From an uncultured bacterium (GTDB lineage: Bacteria; Patescibacteriota; JACMRA01): a stretch of 64,000 bases of DNA. The notes beneath the pieces are model-generated. The model was not told the DNA's origin. It saw only the letters and a list, made by a program, of their open reading frames with translations, and did no database searches. The stretch covers positions 1-64,000 of the forward strand of contig CAWAQU010000012.1 of assembly GCA_963784355.1 (NCBI GenBank). Direction: 5' to 3'. The translations under genes and the position numbers were made by a program. Of the stretch, positions 19,688 through 30,667 are shown one piece after another (within the stretch, counting starts at the first letter, position 1; the number at the start of each line of letters is the position of its first letter).

Positions 19688-19912
19688 TTCAGTTTTTACC
19701 CAAAATTTATATCAACTAAATTACAAAATAGCAGCAATTAACAAAAAATAATTTTTTCAGAATTCTCATGAGCCCAGGTGTTTCCTGAATGAAAATCAGC
19801 TCAGATTGACAACTTTAAAAAATTTATGTCTGGTTATAGTACAGCTTTTTCTAAATCTATATTTTATTTAGGTTGAAAAAGTGAATTTAAAAACATAAAA
19901 ATTATTTATATT

Positions 19913-20197
19913 ATGATTATTTGGGAACTACTAACTTGGCTATTATTCGGTTTAATAGTTGGGTTCATTGCAAACTTGATTGATCCACACAAAGAAGAAG
20001 GAGGATTTCTTGGATACGTTATTTTAGGTATCTTAGGATCTATCGTAGGAGGTTACTTAGCACAAGTATTAGGTATCAGAGGTGGTACTGATAATGACTT
20101 CAGTTTCTCTAGTATTATTACTGCAGTTATTGGTTCATTGCTTGTACTTTTCGTATACAGAATGATCAAAGGTGGTATGAACAAAACCAACAGATAA
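19913..20197 (+). CDS. GlsB/YeaQ/YmgE (transglycosylase-associated) membrane protein
   Basis: WLLFGLIVGFIA, ILGILGSIVGG, AVIGSLLVLFVY. Confidence 0.9.
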   Translation: MIIWELLTWLLFGLIVGFIANLIDPHKEEGGFLGYVILGILGSIVGGYLAQVLGIRGGTDNDFSFSSIITAVIGSLLVLFVYRMIKGGMNKTNR

Positions 20198-20236
20198 AAA
20201 AGTTAATTTACTATAGTTAATTTACTATATTATTTG

Positions 20237-20259
20237 GGGCCCTTCGAGGGCCTTTTTTT
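20237..20259 (+). terminator. Intrinsic terminator
   Basis: GGCCC-TTCGA-GGGCC hairpin followed by T7. Confidence 0.75.
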
Positions 20260-20285
20260 GTGCTTGAATATTTTCAAAATCCATT

Positions 20286-20672
20286 TTATCTAATAATCCC
20301 CTCAAAACTGTAAGCATTTTGGATTACTTCAATTTCATCATTCTTGATACAAACTACATCTAACTGGCAAAAATAATTTTGATACTTTTTGTTCTTTAGT
20401 AAAAAATATTGATAAGTTCTGTATAAATACCTCAGTTTGGCAGCAGTAATTTGTTCTTCAGGTAAGCCAAATTGCGCATTGCTTCTGGACTTTACCTCTA
20501 CTAAATGCAATTTACCACCTTTTTCCACAATTAAATCAATTTCTCCAAGTCTGCCTTGTGTACCTTCACGGTAATATTGAAAATTTCTGGTAATCAAGCT
20601 AAAGCCTTTATTTAAGAGGTAATTTGCGGCGATTTCTTCACCTTTTCTTCCGAGCGTGTAATTGCTGGACAT
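20286..20672 (-). CDS. yraN: YraN (UPF0102) family protein
   Basis: LGRKGEEIAANYL..KG, GEIDLI, VEVKSR. Confidence 0.9.
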   Translation of the reverse strand: MSSNYTLGRKGEEIAANYLLNKGFSLITRNFQYYREGTQGRLGEIDLIVEKGGKLHLVEVKSRSNAQFGLPEEQITAAKLRYLYRTYQYFLLKNKKYQNYFCQLDVVCIKNDEIEVIQNAYSFEGIIR

Positions 20673-20833
20673 TGATAATTTTAATTAATACTTATCTAAA
20701 CTACTAAACTAATTTTTGCTTTTAGTAAGCCTGAGAATTTGTACGAATTTTTAAGTTAGAGCAAAAATATATGAAAAATAACAATTAGTCAATTCAGCTT
20801 GCAATTTTTTTTCAAATCAAATTTAATTTAACA

Positions 20834-21850
20834 GTGAAGGAGTTCAAAGATATAATTAAAAATCTTCCGCATAAGCCCGGGGTATATAGATTTTATGCTG
20901 CGGATGGAAATGTACTTTATATTGGAAAAGCGAAGAATTTAAAAAATAGGGTGTCCAGTTATTTTCAGGAGGGAAGGCCAAAAAATGAGCGCCTTTCTCT
21001 AATGATTAGTCAAATTGAACGAATTGAGTATACAGTGGTAAATTCTGAAGAAGAAAGTTTGATTTTAGAAGCTAATCTAATACACAATCTACAGCCTAAA
21101 TACAACATTTTGCTAAAAGATGACAAAAATTATGTCTATGTTAGAATTACAAACGACCCTATCCCAAGCATACTCTTAACCAGACGAAAGTATGATTCCA
21201 AAAGTAAGTATTTTGGTCCTTATACAAAGAGAAGCGGCATTTTTGAGACTTTAAGGACGCTAAGAAGTATTTTCCCTTATTGTCAGGAAAGATTCCCTCA
21301 AACTAGACCTTGTAGTTACTACAGTATCAAACAATGTGATGGTATGTGTGCGGGATATGAGAATATTGAAGATTACAAATTAAAATTAGATCAAATTGCC
21401 AAGGTATTAAGTGGAAAAACTGAAGATGTAGAAGCCTACCTCCAAAATAAAATGAAAGAAAGTGTGGAACTACAAAACTTTGAATTAGCCGGACTTTGGA
21501 GAAATAGATTGAGAATTTTAAAGGATACTGTTTCTGATCAGAAAGTTGTATTACCTCAGCCGCAAGATATTGATTTAATTACTTTAGTAGCTGAGCAAAA
21601 TGAACAAGGTTTGCAGATCGGCAGTGTGTTTGTCCACAATATAAGGGACGGCAAAATAATAAACGTAAACAATTTCTTATTATCAGGTAGTGAAGATAAT
21701 AGCACCGGTGAATCCGAAAACAATCTAGAAAATACAGCGCTGCTTATGTTTGAAAGGTTTATAAGTAGCTATAAAGTTGTTCAAAATGATCAAATACCTA
21801 GCTTAATACAAGTTTTTACTATAGAAAATGAAGACAAACAAATAGCTTAA
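20834..21850 (+). CDS. UvrC N-terminal-like (Cho-like) GIY-YIG excinuclease lacking the C-terminal nuclease/HhH part
   Basis: LPHKPGVYRF, YIGKAKNLKNRVSSYF, LEANLI..QPKYN.LLKDDK, Cys cluster, UVR helix; only 338 aa. Confidence 0.8.
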   Translation: MKEFKDIIKNLPHKPGVYRFYAADGNVLYIGKAKNLKNRVSSYFQEGRPKNERLSLMISQIERIEYTVVNSEEESLILEANLIHNLQPKYNILLKDDKNYVYVRITNDPIPSILLTRRKYDSKSKYFGPYTKRSGIFETLRTLRSIFPYCQERFPQTRPCSYYSIKQCDGMCAGYENIEDYKLKLDQIAKVLSGKTEDVEAYLQNKMKESVELQNFELAGLWRNRLRILKDTVSDQKVVLPQPQDIDLITLVAEQNEQGLQIGSVFVHNIRDGKIINVNNFLLSGSEDNSTGESENNLENTALLMFERFISSYKVVQNDQIPSLIQVFTIENEDKQIA

Positions 21851-22003
21851 TTTCTTAAAAAGCCAAATAGAAATACTGATTTATAATCAAATATCAAAAT
21901 AATTTAATACCTAATCTCAAACACACATTTTCAAGTTTATTGCACAAAATTACCCCCATTATGGGGGCTTAGAATTTACTTATATTTTCTCAGTACTTGT
22001 GCT

Positions 22004-22384
22004 TTATTTATCTCCACCAGGTGCACTAGCTGCTTGAAGCATAGACATTAAATCACCTAAGCTACCGGTTTCCTGCATCTTTTTGACAACTTCACCTTGC
22101 ACTTTAGAGATTGCATCATCTACAGCTTCAATAATTGATTTGGCAAGCATAGTGTCAGGTTTACTTGCTGAAATAAAGTTTTCGTATACAAACTTAATCA
22201 GAGCAGGATCAATATTGATATCAATAATTTTTTGTTCTCCTGTTATTGTAACGGTTACTCTACCATTTTTACTTGTACCGGTTACCCGTATTTCAGAAAG
22301 CAACTTTTGAAGTCTGGCTTGTTGTTGGCGTACTTGATTGGCATTATTCATCAAGTTACCGGCGTTTTTTAGGTTATTAAGCAT
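22004..22384 (-). CDS. YbaB/EbfC nucleoid-associated protein
   Basis: GTSKNGRVTVTITGEQKIIDINIDP, AVDDA. Confidence 0.85.
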   Translation of the reverse strand: MLNNLKNAGNLMNNANQVRQQQARLQKLLSEIRVTGTSKNGRVTVTITGEQKIIDINIDPALIKFVYENFISASKPDTMLAKSIIEAVDDAISKVQGEVVKKMQETGSLGDLMSMLQAASAPGGDK

Positions 22385-22696
22385 AAAATTTATTCCCTTA
22401 ATTAAAGCCCTAAAGCTAAAATTTTGTCAAGAAGATCTAATTATTAGTAATCAGAATACTTCATTGCTTGCAACGAGGTTAAAAACTGTAAGCTTTTGTT
22501 TCCAAAGTCTGCTTTGGTACCCTGATTAAGCTCATTTTTGTGTTCTGTGATAATGCGAGGAAAATAGTTATTGCTCCGTAAGTAACAGGTGTATCCAGTT
22601 CTGTTTGAGATTAAAATATCGATCTGCACTAAACAAGTTTAACCTTGACAAAAACACAAGAATATAATAATCCTTCAGGGTAGAACTAAAAGTTAT

Positions 22697-22772
22697 CGCG
22701 GGATAGAGTAATTGGCAGCTCACCTGGCTCATAACCAGGAGGTTCCAGGTTCAAGTCCTGGTCCCGCCACCA
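22697..22772 (+). tRNA. tRNA-Met(CAT), initiator type
   Basis: Cloverleaf, CAT anticodon, C1:C72 mismatch, encoded CCA. Confidence 0.9.
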
Positions 22773-22785
22773 AAAAATAATTAGT

Positions 22786-22863
22786 GGGATTGTAGCTCAG
22801 TTGGTTTAGAGCGCTGCCCTGTCACGGCAGAGGTCGCGGGTTCGAGTCCCGTCAGTCCCGCCA
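22786..22863 (+). tRNA. tRNA-Asp(GTC)
   Basis: Cloverleaf, CTGTCAC loop, GGTTCGAGTCC, GCCA end. Confidence 0.95.
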
Positions 22864-22988
22864 CAAAAACAAAATTATACACAGTAAACATATAAAATAA
22901 GATGCCCCATTGGGGTAATTTTTGTTGACTAATTTTATCCTGAGCTTGATTTTTTTGTATTTTTACTATACTTTAAAATCAGAATGAA

Positions 22989-23144
22989 ATGACACAACGA
23001 TATTTAAAAATACTTGCTTCTCATAAACAAGAAGGGTATCAAAATTTAGATAAAGCAAGCAACAATGACTCAGGTATAGGATTTATACTATTAATACTAA
23101 TCATTATTTTTGTCACAGGAGTAATTTTAATTAGAAAAAAATGA
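22989..23144 (+). CDS. 51-aa tail-anchored microprotein (NDSG-TM-RKK), not in ORF track
   Basis: MTQRYLK...NNDSGIGFILLILIIIFVTGVILIRKK; ATGA overlap with its paralog. Confidence 0.65.
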   Translation: MTQRYLKILASHKQEGYQNLDKASNNDSGIGFILLILIIIFVTGVILIRKK

Positions 23145-23293
23145 AACATTTTAATGCAACTGTAGTTACACCAAGGGTTGAGGGAGATAAGAAAATTGCA
23201 GAGGCTGGTAGAAATGATTCAGGCTCTTTCTTTGTATTTATCATTTTACTAGTTATTATTGCAATAGGCGTATTTTTAGTCAGAAAAAAATAA
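23141..23293 (+). CDS. 50-aa tail-anchored microprotein (NDSG-TM-RKK), not in ORF track
   Basis: MKHFNAT...RNDSGSFFVFIILLVIIAIGVFLVRKK. Confidence 0.65.
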   Translation: MKHFNATVVTPRVEGDKKIAEAGRNDSGSFFVFIILLVIIAIGVFLVRKK

Positions 23294-23320
23294 CAATTAA
23301 TAAACTGACCTAATTACTAG

Positions 23321-24040
23321 CTATATATTTGAATTGCTAGTATCTAAATTTTTTAAGCTTGGGTATCGTTTTATTAACAGCTTAAAAAGTCTCGTTATTT
23401 CAGGCAAATTATCAATAATTACTTCAGGTTTTGTAAACATTTTTACTTGGCTAGTATTATTACTTGAGTTGAGATCAGAATAAGTACTGTATTTTCTATA
23501 ACCTAAGTGTTGTAAATTTTTAGCCATAGTAATATTTGTATAGTTCCCAATAAATTCAGCACTAAGCAAATCAATTTTATTACAATTATGAAGATCGATT
23601 ATTTTAAGATGGCTGAGTAATAAATAAAATAAGACTTTGTGTTTTTCAGTGTAAGGTACAATGTTGCTTTCAGAAATATCGTAAAATGGACCCTTTTTAT
23701 ATAAAAATAAATTATCCATGCTAATCCCTGAGCGAGTCAAGTAGTCAATATTTTTAGTTTTGGGTAAAAAATCAAATTCCCAGATCTTACTTTCAAGGTC
23801 AGCTAATTCCATATACAGAGGCGCCTCTACTAAAGACATAAAAAAATAATTTCCAATTTTAACTTTATCTGGATTTTCAGATTTATTAAATACAACTTTT
23901 GGAGTCACAACAAAATCTGTTATACTAGGGCTAGGTTCAAAATGCTTATTTTTTAATAAATTTTCTGTTTTACCGGAAATCATAAATTGTACTAAAATAT
24001 TATTTCCTTTAAAGATAGCACAAGAATGAGATATTGACAA
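23321..24040 (-). CDS. Hypothetical protein
   Basis: Long ORF, start uncertain, no recognised motif. Confidence 0.55.
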   Translation of the reverse strand: MSISHSCAIFKGNNILVQFMISGKTENLLKNKHFEPSPSITDFVVTPKVVFNKSENPDKVKIGNYFFMSLVEAPLYMELADLESKIWEFDFLPKTKNIDYLTRSGISMDNLFLYKKGPFYDISESNIVPYTEKHKVLFYLLLSHLKIIDLHNCNKIDLLSAEFIGNYTNITMAKNLQHLGYRKYSTYSDLNSSNNTSQVKMFTKPEVIIDNLPEITRLFKLLIKRYPSLKNLDTSNSNI

Positions 24041-24090
24041 ACTATGCTATTTAAAAGAACTATAGACTAGAAAAATCAATTTGTATCAAT

Positions 24091-25254
24091 ATGAGAGTAG
24101 CAATTGTACACGACTATTTATTTCAATATGGTGGAGCGGAAAAAGTTGTAGAAAAATGGATGGAAATGTATCCTGAAGCTGATATCTACACCTGCCTCTT
24201 TACTTCGGAAAAATTCAAATCATCCAAACTTTACAACCAAGCAAATGCGGAAAATCGTATCAAAACTACCTGGTTACAAAATATTTTTAAACATAATTTT
24301 GCTCTAAAATTCTTCAAACATTTTTTTTGGTTGTATCCAATTGTCATGTCATTTTGGAAAGTAAAAAACTACGACTTAGTACTGATCTCTTCAACATATT
24401 GTGCTAAAAATGTCAGGTACGAAAACTGCCCTAAAATCATTCACTATTGTCATTCTCCAACTAGATTTTTACATGGGCTAATAACGGAAACTGATCATAA
24501 AAGCCTAAATTTTGTCTACCGGACTTTTATACCGATCTTTACTTTTTGGCTAAAATGGATGGACCTTAAAGCTGTAGAATATTTAAATAAAAATGGTTGT
24601 AAATGGGTAGCTAATGCTAAGTTTATTCAGACGTTAATTAGAGAAGTATATCATACAGACTCTGTTGTGATTTATCCACCAATTGAAACTCAAAATTTTT
24701 GGGAAGTGGATAGGAAAATGTCGGAAATGGGCGACGAATTTTACCTCTGTCACGGTAGGATTAGTTTTCACAAGCGTATAGATTTGGCAATTGCAGCCTG
24801 CTTGAGACTTGGTAAAAAATTGAAAATTGGCGGAGCTGCAGGTTTTCAGAAAGAAATGGATGATTTAGTAAAAATAGTTACAGATTTTGAATCAAAAAAT
24901 CCTGACAAAAAAGGTTTAGTAGAATTTTTAGGTAGAACTACGGATGAACAATATTTAGATTTATTAGCTAGCTGCAAAAGCTTTTTATTTCCTGGAAAAG
25001 AGGATTCGGGCATGACACCGATTGAAGTATTAGCAGCGGGTGTTCCTGTAATCGCCTATCAAGCAGGTGGAGCCTTGGAATACATACAAGATGATCAAAA
25101 CGGCATATTTTTTCCGCATCAAGAGGTTGACAGTTTGGTTGAAGCTATCCTAAAATTTGAAAGCAAAAAAGATTGGGATCTCCAAAAAATCAAAGAAAGC
25201 AGTATTCCGTTTTCTGCAGAAAATTTTGTATCAGAATTCAATAAACTCACCTAA
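24091..25254 (+). CDS. GT4 family glycosyltransferase
   Basis: HDYLFQYGGAEKV, YCHSPTR, KRIDLAI, EDSGMTPIE..A.GVPVIA. Confidence 0.9.
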   Translation: MRVAIVHDYLFQYGGAEKVVEKWMEMYPEADIYTCLFTSEKFKSSKLYNQANAENRIKTTWLQNIFKHNFALKFFKHFFWLYPIVMSFWKVKNYDLVLISSTYCAKNVRYENCPKIIHYCHSPTRFLHGLITETDHKSLNFVYRTFIPIFTFWLKWMDLKAVEYLNKNGCKWVANAKFIQTLIREVYHTDSVVIYPPIETQNFWEVDRKMSEMGDEFYLCHGRISFHKRIDLAIAACLRLGKKLKIGGAAGFQKEMDDLVKIVTDFESKNPDKKGLVEFLGRTTDEQYLDLLASCKSFLFPGKEDSGMTPIEVLAAGVPVIAYQAGGALEYIQDDQNGIFFPHQEVDSLVEAILKFESKKDWDLQKIKESSIPFSAENFVSEFNKLT

Positions 25255-25262
25255 TAAAAAAT

Positions 25263-25718
25263 ATGACCAAGGAAAAATTAAAAACTTATCTTTTTGGTCT
25301 GCTTGCCAAAAGGGATTACAGCAAACAAGAGTTAGTAGAAAAAGCCAAACAAAAAGAATACACTCTCAATGACATACAAGAAGTTTTAAGTGAATTTGAA
25401 CAAAAAAAGTACATCGACGACCAAAGGCTAGCTGAAAATCTAGTTTTATTTTACAAAGAAAAAAAAGGTCCTGTTTGGATTAGGCAAAAGATGCAACAAA
25501 GAAAAATTGCTTCGGACATAATTACTCAAACATTGAAAAACGAGCCAAATGATTCAATTTCAGAAGACTTAAAGACCAAGTTAGAAAAAAAATACAATGT
25601 AGACAATTGGGCTAGTGTTGAACCCAAAACTCTACAAAAAATCTATGGTTATCTACAGCGATCAGGTTTTAAAAATGTATTTGGCGTGGTAAAAAAATGG
25701 AAAGAAAACCTTGACTAA
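25263..25718 (+). CDS. recX: RecX regulatory protein
   Basis: LLAKRDYS..EL..K, YIDDQR.AE, KGP.WIRQK, YLQRSGF. Confidence 0.85.
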   Translation: MTKEKLKTYLFGLLAKRDYSKQELVEKAKQKEYTLNDIQEVLSEFEQKKYIDDQRLAENLVLFYKEKKGPVWIRQKMQQRKIASDIITQTLKNEPNDSISEDLKTKLEKKYNVDNWASVEPKTLQKIYGYLQRSGFKNVFGVVKKWKENLD

Positions 25719-25766
25719 ATAAAAAAAATATGAGCTTGATTCAATGATTATTTAACATCAATTAAT

Positions 25767-27026
25767 ATGGCCATTATTTCAGAAGTAAATGCACGTTGGA
25801 TATTAGATTCCAGAGGGCTCCCTACAGTTACATGTACAATCGTTTTAGATCAGCAAGGACGCAAAGCAATCGGTAAAGCTAGTGTACCAAGCGGCGCAAG
25901 TACCGGCACACACGAAGCTCTAGAACTTAGAGACGGAAGCAATGATTTTCAAGGTAAGGGAGTACAAAAAGCTGTGGATAATATTGTAAAAGTTATTTCC
26001 AGCAGAATTTTAAATAGAGAGTTCAACGACGCAGCAGAAGTGGATCGCTTAGTTTTAGCTTTAGATGAGTCTGAAAATAAAAGTCAGTTAGGTGCAAATG
26101 CTATTTTAGCTGTTTCAATGGCAGCTCATAGAGCCTACGCTAATTTATTTAGTTTGGAATTGTGGCAATACCTAAGAAGACTTTACTTCAGTTCTTTGCC
26201 TCCAAGTAATAAATTTCCAAGATTAATGTGTAACGTGGTAAATGGAGGAGTACACGCTGATAGTGGTCTAGCAATTCAAGAATTCATGGTAGTTCCAAAT
26301 ACTGATGATATCGAAAGTGATGTAAGAGCTGCTAGCGAAATCTATCACACACTAAAAAAGAATCTAAAGTCTGCTAATCAAAGTGTAAGTTTGGGAGATG
26401 AGGGAGGTTTTGCTCCAAAATTGGAAAATACTAAAGAAGCTTTGGACTTCATCAAGACTAGCATTACTGATGCAGGATATAGCAATGTAAATTGTGATTT
26501 AGCTATGGACGCAGCAGCTAGCGAATTCTACAACAAAGAAAAGAATGTTTACGAGATTGATAAAACTGAACTTAGCCAGGCTGCTTTAACCGATTTTTAC
26601 GTAGATTTAAAAGAAAATTACAATATCATATCTCTAGAAGACGGTTTTGCGGAGGATGATATTTTAGGTTGGGAGATTTCAACTCAAAAATTGGGTACTA
26701 AAATGCATTTGATCGGTGACGATTTATTTGTAACCAACCCTAAAAGATTTGCTGAAATAGGTTTGAAAAATAATATTGCAAACGGTGTTTTAATCAAATT
26801 AAATCAAATTGGTAGCGTACTTGAAACTTGTCAGATGATTAATGACGCTAAATCTAATGATTATATCACAATTGTCAGTCATAGAAGTGGTGAAACAACT
26901 GATGATTTTATCAGTGATTTGGCTTTTGCTTCTCAAAGTGAATTTATAAAATTAGGTGCACCTGCAAGAGGTGAAAGAGTAGCTAAATACAATAGATTGT
27001 TGGAAATTAAAGATAATTTAGAATAA
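25767..27026 (+). CDS. eno: Enolase
   Basis: ILDSRG.PTV, VPSGASTG.HEALELRD, GDEGGFAP, SHRSGET, RGERVAKYN. Confidence 0.97.
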   Translation: MAIISEVNARWILDSRGLPTVTCTIVLDQQGRKAIGKASVPSGASTGTHEALELRDGSNDFQGKGVQKAVDNIVKVISSRILNREFNDAAEVDRLVLALDESENKSQLGANAILAVSMAAHRAYANLFSLELWQYLRRLYFSSLPPSNKFPRLMCNVVNGGVHADSGLAIQEFMVVPNTDDIESDVRAASEIYHTLKKNLKSANQSVSLGDEGGFAPKLENTKEALDFIKTSITDAGYSNVNCDLAMDAAASEFYNKEKNVYEIDKTELSQAALTDFYVDLKENYNIISLEDGFAEDDILGWEISTQKLGTKMHLIGDDLFVTNPKRFAEIGLKNNIANGVLIKLNQIGSVLETCQMINDAKSNDYITIVSHRSGETTDDFISDLAFASQSEFIKLGAPARGERVAKYNRLLEIKDNLE

Positions 27027-27138
27027 ATTCTACCTGAATTAAAACAGTTAGTGATTATAAGGGGCTTAGGCCCTTTTTTGTTTGTATATGTTAATTAGGT
27101 TACTTCAGTATCAGTAGACACAATAATTTTGGTCCAAA

Positions 27139-27176
27139 ATTAGCAACTTGACATAATACATTGCTAATGTTATAAT
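27139..27176 (+). promoter_or_regulatory. Consensus sigma70 promoter of hsp20 overlapped by a CIRCE-like inverted repeat
   Basis: TTGACA(27148)-17-TATAAT(27171) with TGn extension; ATTAGCAA-N14-TTGCTAAT spans the -35. Confidence 0.75.
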
Positions 27177-27181
27177 AAGAA

Positions 27182-27285
27182 TGTAGCTGGGCTTATTGGG
27201 AAAAAGATTTTGAGTTTAGATAAAAACATGTTACGGCCGAATAATTATCAAAAGCTCAATTCTTATCTTGGTAGCCCCGGTTACA
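27182..27285 (+). ncRNA. Long rod-like structured RNA in the hsp20 5' leader (thermometer or small RNA candidate)
   Basis: Arms pair by eye (TGTAGCTGGGCT/AGCCCCGGTTACA, TTGAGTTT/AAGCTCAA, GATAA/TTATC) with many G-U pairs; starts at the predicted TSS. Confidence 0.45.
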
Positions 27286-27318
27286 AATCTATTTTAACTT
27301 AATATTTTTTTTTGCACT

Positions 27319-27738
27319 ATGTCTTCTAATTTATTAACTTTAATGGACAGCTTTTTCGACGATTTTCGCCCCGTAGTAGCTTCTTCAGTTTCCAGAGCGG
27401 TTTCAACAGCACCAGCTTTAAACGTAAGAGAATATAAAGACAAATACGAAATCTCACTCACCATTCCTGGAATAGATTCCAAAAAAATTAAAATTGAGCT
27501 GGTTGATAGGCTATTAAACATAAACTATAACCATGATGATCAGGTAAAGGAAAAAACTGATGCAGGTGAGCTTATTCGTCAGGAATACAAACACTATAGC
27601 TTTACCAGAAGTGTGAGTTTGCCTAAAAATGTTGATGAATCTTCTATTGAAGCAGAATCTGAAAACGGAATTCTCAAAATTAAAATAAACAAGCTACCTG
27701 AAAGTCAACCAAAAGCTGTAGAAATTAAAATCAAGTAA
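27319..27738 (+). CDS. Hsp20/alpha-crystallin small heat-shock protein
   Basis: PALNVRE, IPGI, FTRSVSLP.NVD...IEA..ENGIL.I.INK. Confidence 0.93.
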   Translation: MSSNLLTLMDSFFDDFRPVVASSVSRAVSTAPALNVREYKDKYEISLTIPGIDSKKIKIELVDRLLNINYNHDDQVKEKTDAGELIRQEYKHYSFTRSVSLPKNVDESSIEAESENGILKIKINKLPESQPKAVEIKIK

Positions 27739-27791
27739 ACTATTGCACGATTATACAAACTTATTATAAGGCCCCACATTGGGGTTATTTT

Positions 27792-28583
27792 TTATGTTAA
27801 AAAGATTTTCGGATTTTGATTTTCACTACTTTTTGGTTTAGCTAATTTGATCCTTACAGGTAATTTTGCTTTATCATCAGGCTTATTTATCGGCTTACTC
27901 ACAGGCTTATCAGGATTAGGCTGTCTAGGTTTAAGTACTTTGGCCGGTTGTTTGTCTGTCACAACCCTTTCTGCTTTAGTTGAGTCAAGCTCAGATTCAA
28001 TAGTTGGCTGTATAACCTCCTTAACTTTTCTAGTTTGTTGCCAGACTCTACTTATACGATTCAAAAAGAAATAATTATCAGCTTCTTGATGTAATTCAAA
28101 TGAAGTAAACCCTCCAACACCTAAAATAATACTCTTCTTACCTTGATTTTCCAAAGCTTTTACTAAATATCTAAAGTCTCCATCACCGCTAATCAATATC
28201 AAAATATCATACAAATCTTTCTGCATTAAAGCATCGACGGCAAGTTCGATATCCATGTTGCCTTTGGTAAAATTATCATAAACTTTAATCGGTTTTTTGA
28301 TAACCGTGTAGCCTATATTCTCAAGCTCGTGTAAAAAATCTTCTTGTTTATGATCTTCAGGGTCAAAAGCGGTATAGTAATTTAAACCGGCTAGTGAAGA
28401 TTTGCTGCTAAACCAACTGTGCAATTGTTTATAATCAATTCTAAGTTTGGCTACTCCACCTGCAAAGTATAAGTTTGCTCCGTCTATAAATACACTGACT
28501 CTTTTATTCTCTATTAAATTGGCAAGTAATCCTGTTAAATCGTTCTTATTTTTTGGGGGTTTGAAATTTACTTTTTTTGTCAT
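27792..28583 (-). CDS. NYN domain (LabA/DUF88) protein
   Basis: VFIDGANL, KGNMDIELAVD, LISGDGDF, EADNYF. Confidence 0.9.
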   Translation of the reverse strand: MTKKVNFKPPKNKNDLTGLLANLIENKRVSVFIDGANLYFAGGVAKLRIDYKQLHSWFSSKSSLAGLNYYTAFDPEDHKQEDFLHELENIGYTVIKKPIKVYDNFTKGNMDIELAVDALMQKDLYDILILISGDGDFRYLVKALENQGKKSIILGVGGFTSFELHQEADNYFFLNRISRVWQQTRKVKEVIQPTIESELDSTKAERVVTDKQPAKVLKPRQPNPDKPVSKPINKPDDKAKLPVRIKLAKPKSSENQNPKIFLT

Positions 28584-28760
28584 ATATTTTCCTTCTAAAA
28601 TTCAACTCATCCTAAGTTAAATGATAATATGATTAAGTATAGCACAAAAATTCATTCTTTGAAAGGCAAGAAATTTTTGGACAATCTAAACGTTGTGCAG
28701 TTTCAGAAAACAGTCAAATACTATATGAAATAAAACTTAAGTAATCTTACGAAAAATTAC

Positions 28761-28789
28761 TTGACAAATCAAAACTTTTTCTGTATAGT
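28761..28789 (+). promoter_or_regulatory. 16S rRNA promoter
   Basis: TTGACA-17-TATAGT. Confidence 0.7.
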
Positions 28790-28892
28790 AACAATTAGTC
28801 TTATCTATCTCAAAAGCTAGTTAAATTAAGACTGTTTTACAGTTAGAAAATTGTGCGTAATAATAAGTAATTAAAAGTCAGGCTACTTTCTA

Positions 28893-30388
<1,496 letters not shown>

Positions 30389-30546
30389 CTAAGGAGTAGT
30401 GGGCTAAGTTTTTATAACATTAGCCTTAAGATTGATCAATAAGTTTTTAACTTACTTGTAATTTACAATATAACAAAATCCTACACATTTCATTTCTCAC
30501 ACTTAACTTATACTCTAAGTTATTTTTAAAATATTGAATGTAGGTG

Positions 30547-30596
30547 GAAGTAGCTTCGACTTTTAATTACTTATTATTGAACATAATTTTCTAACT
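30547..30596. repeat. 3' arm of ~50-bp inverted repeat (5' arm 28841-28890) forming the pre-16S processing stem
   Basis: Near-perfect complement, including AATAATAAGTAATTAAAAGTC. Confidence 0.8.
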
Positions 30597-30618
30597 AAAT
30601 TAAATCTTTATTGATTTT

Positions 30619-30645
30619 ACTCCCTCTAATGGGAGTTTTTTGTTT
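30619..30645 (+). terminator. Terminator closing the 16S transcript
   Basis: ACTCCC-TCTAAT-GGGAGT followed by a T-run. Confidence 0.7.
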
Positions 30646-30667
30646 TGTAAGCACTTTTTTATTTTAA

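Noticed and set aside
22444-22629. 61-aa ORF as ribosomal protein L33 or a degenerate GIY-YIG nuclease
   Set aside because: Only a faint resemblance (ILISNRTG...EHKN); key motifs missing, so left uncalled
22864-24040. Prophage or island integrated at the tRNA pair
   Set aside because: No integrase and no duplicated tRNA 3' end seen in the window
27182-27285. SRP (4.5S) or 6S RNA identity for the hairpin
   Set aside because: No SRP domain IV GNRA/AGCAG signature, and shorter than typical 6S; kept only as an unassigned structured RNA
21952-27792. Recurrent CCCC..GGGG mini-palindromes (21952, 22904, 27060, 27771) as a REP-like repeat family
   Set aside because: Loops differ and all lie just after gene ends; best explained as ordinary intrinsic terminators
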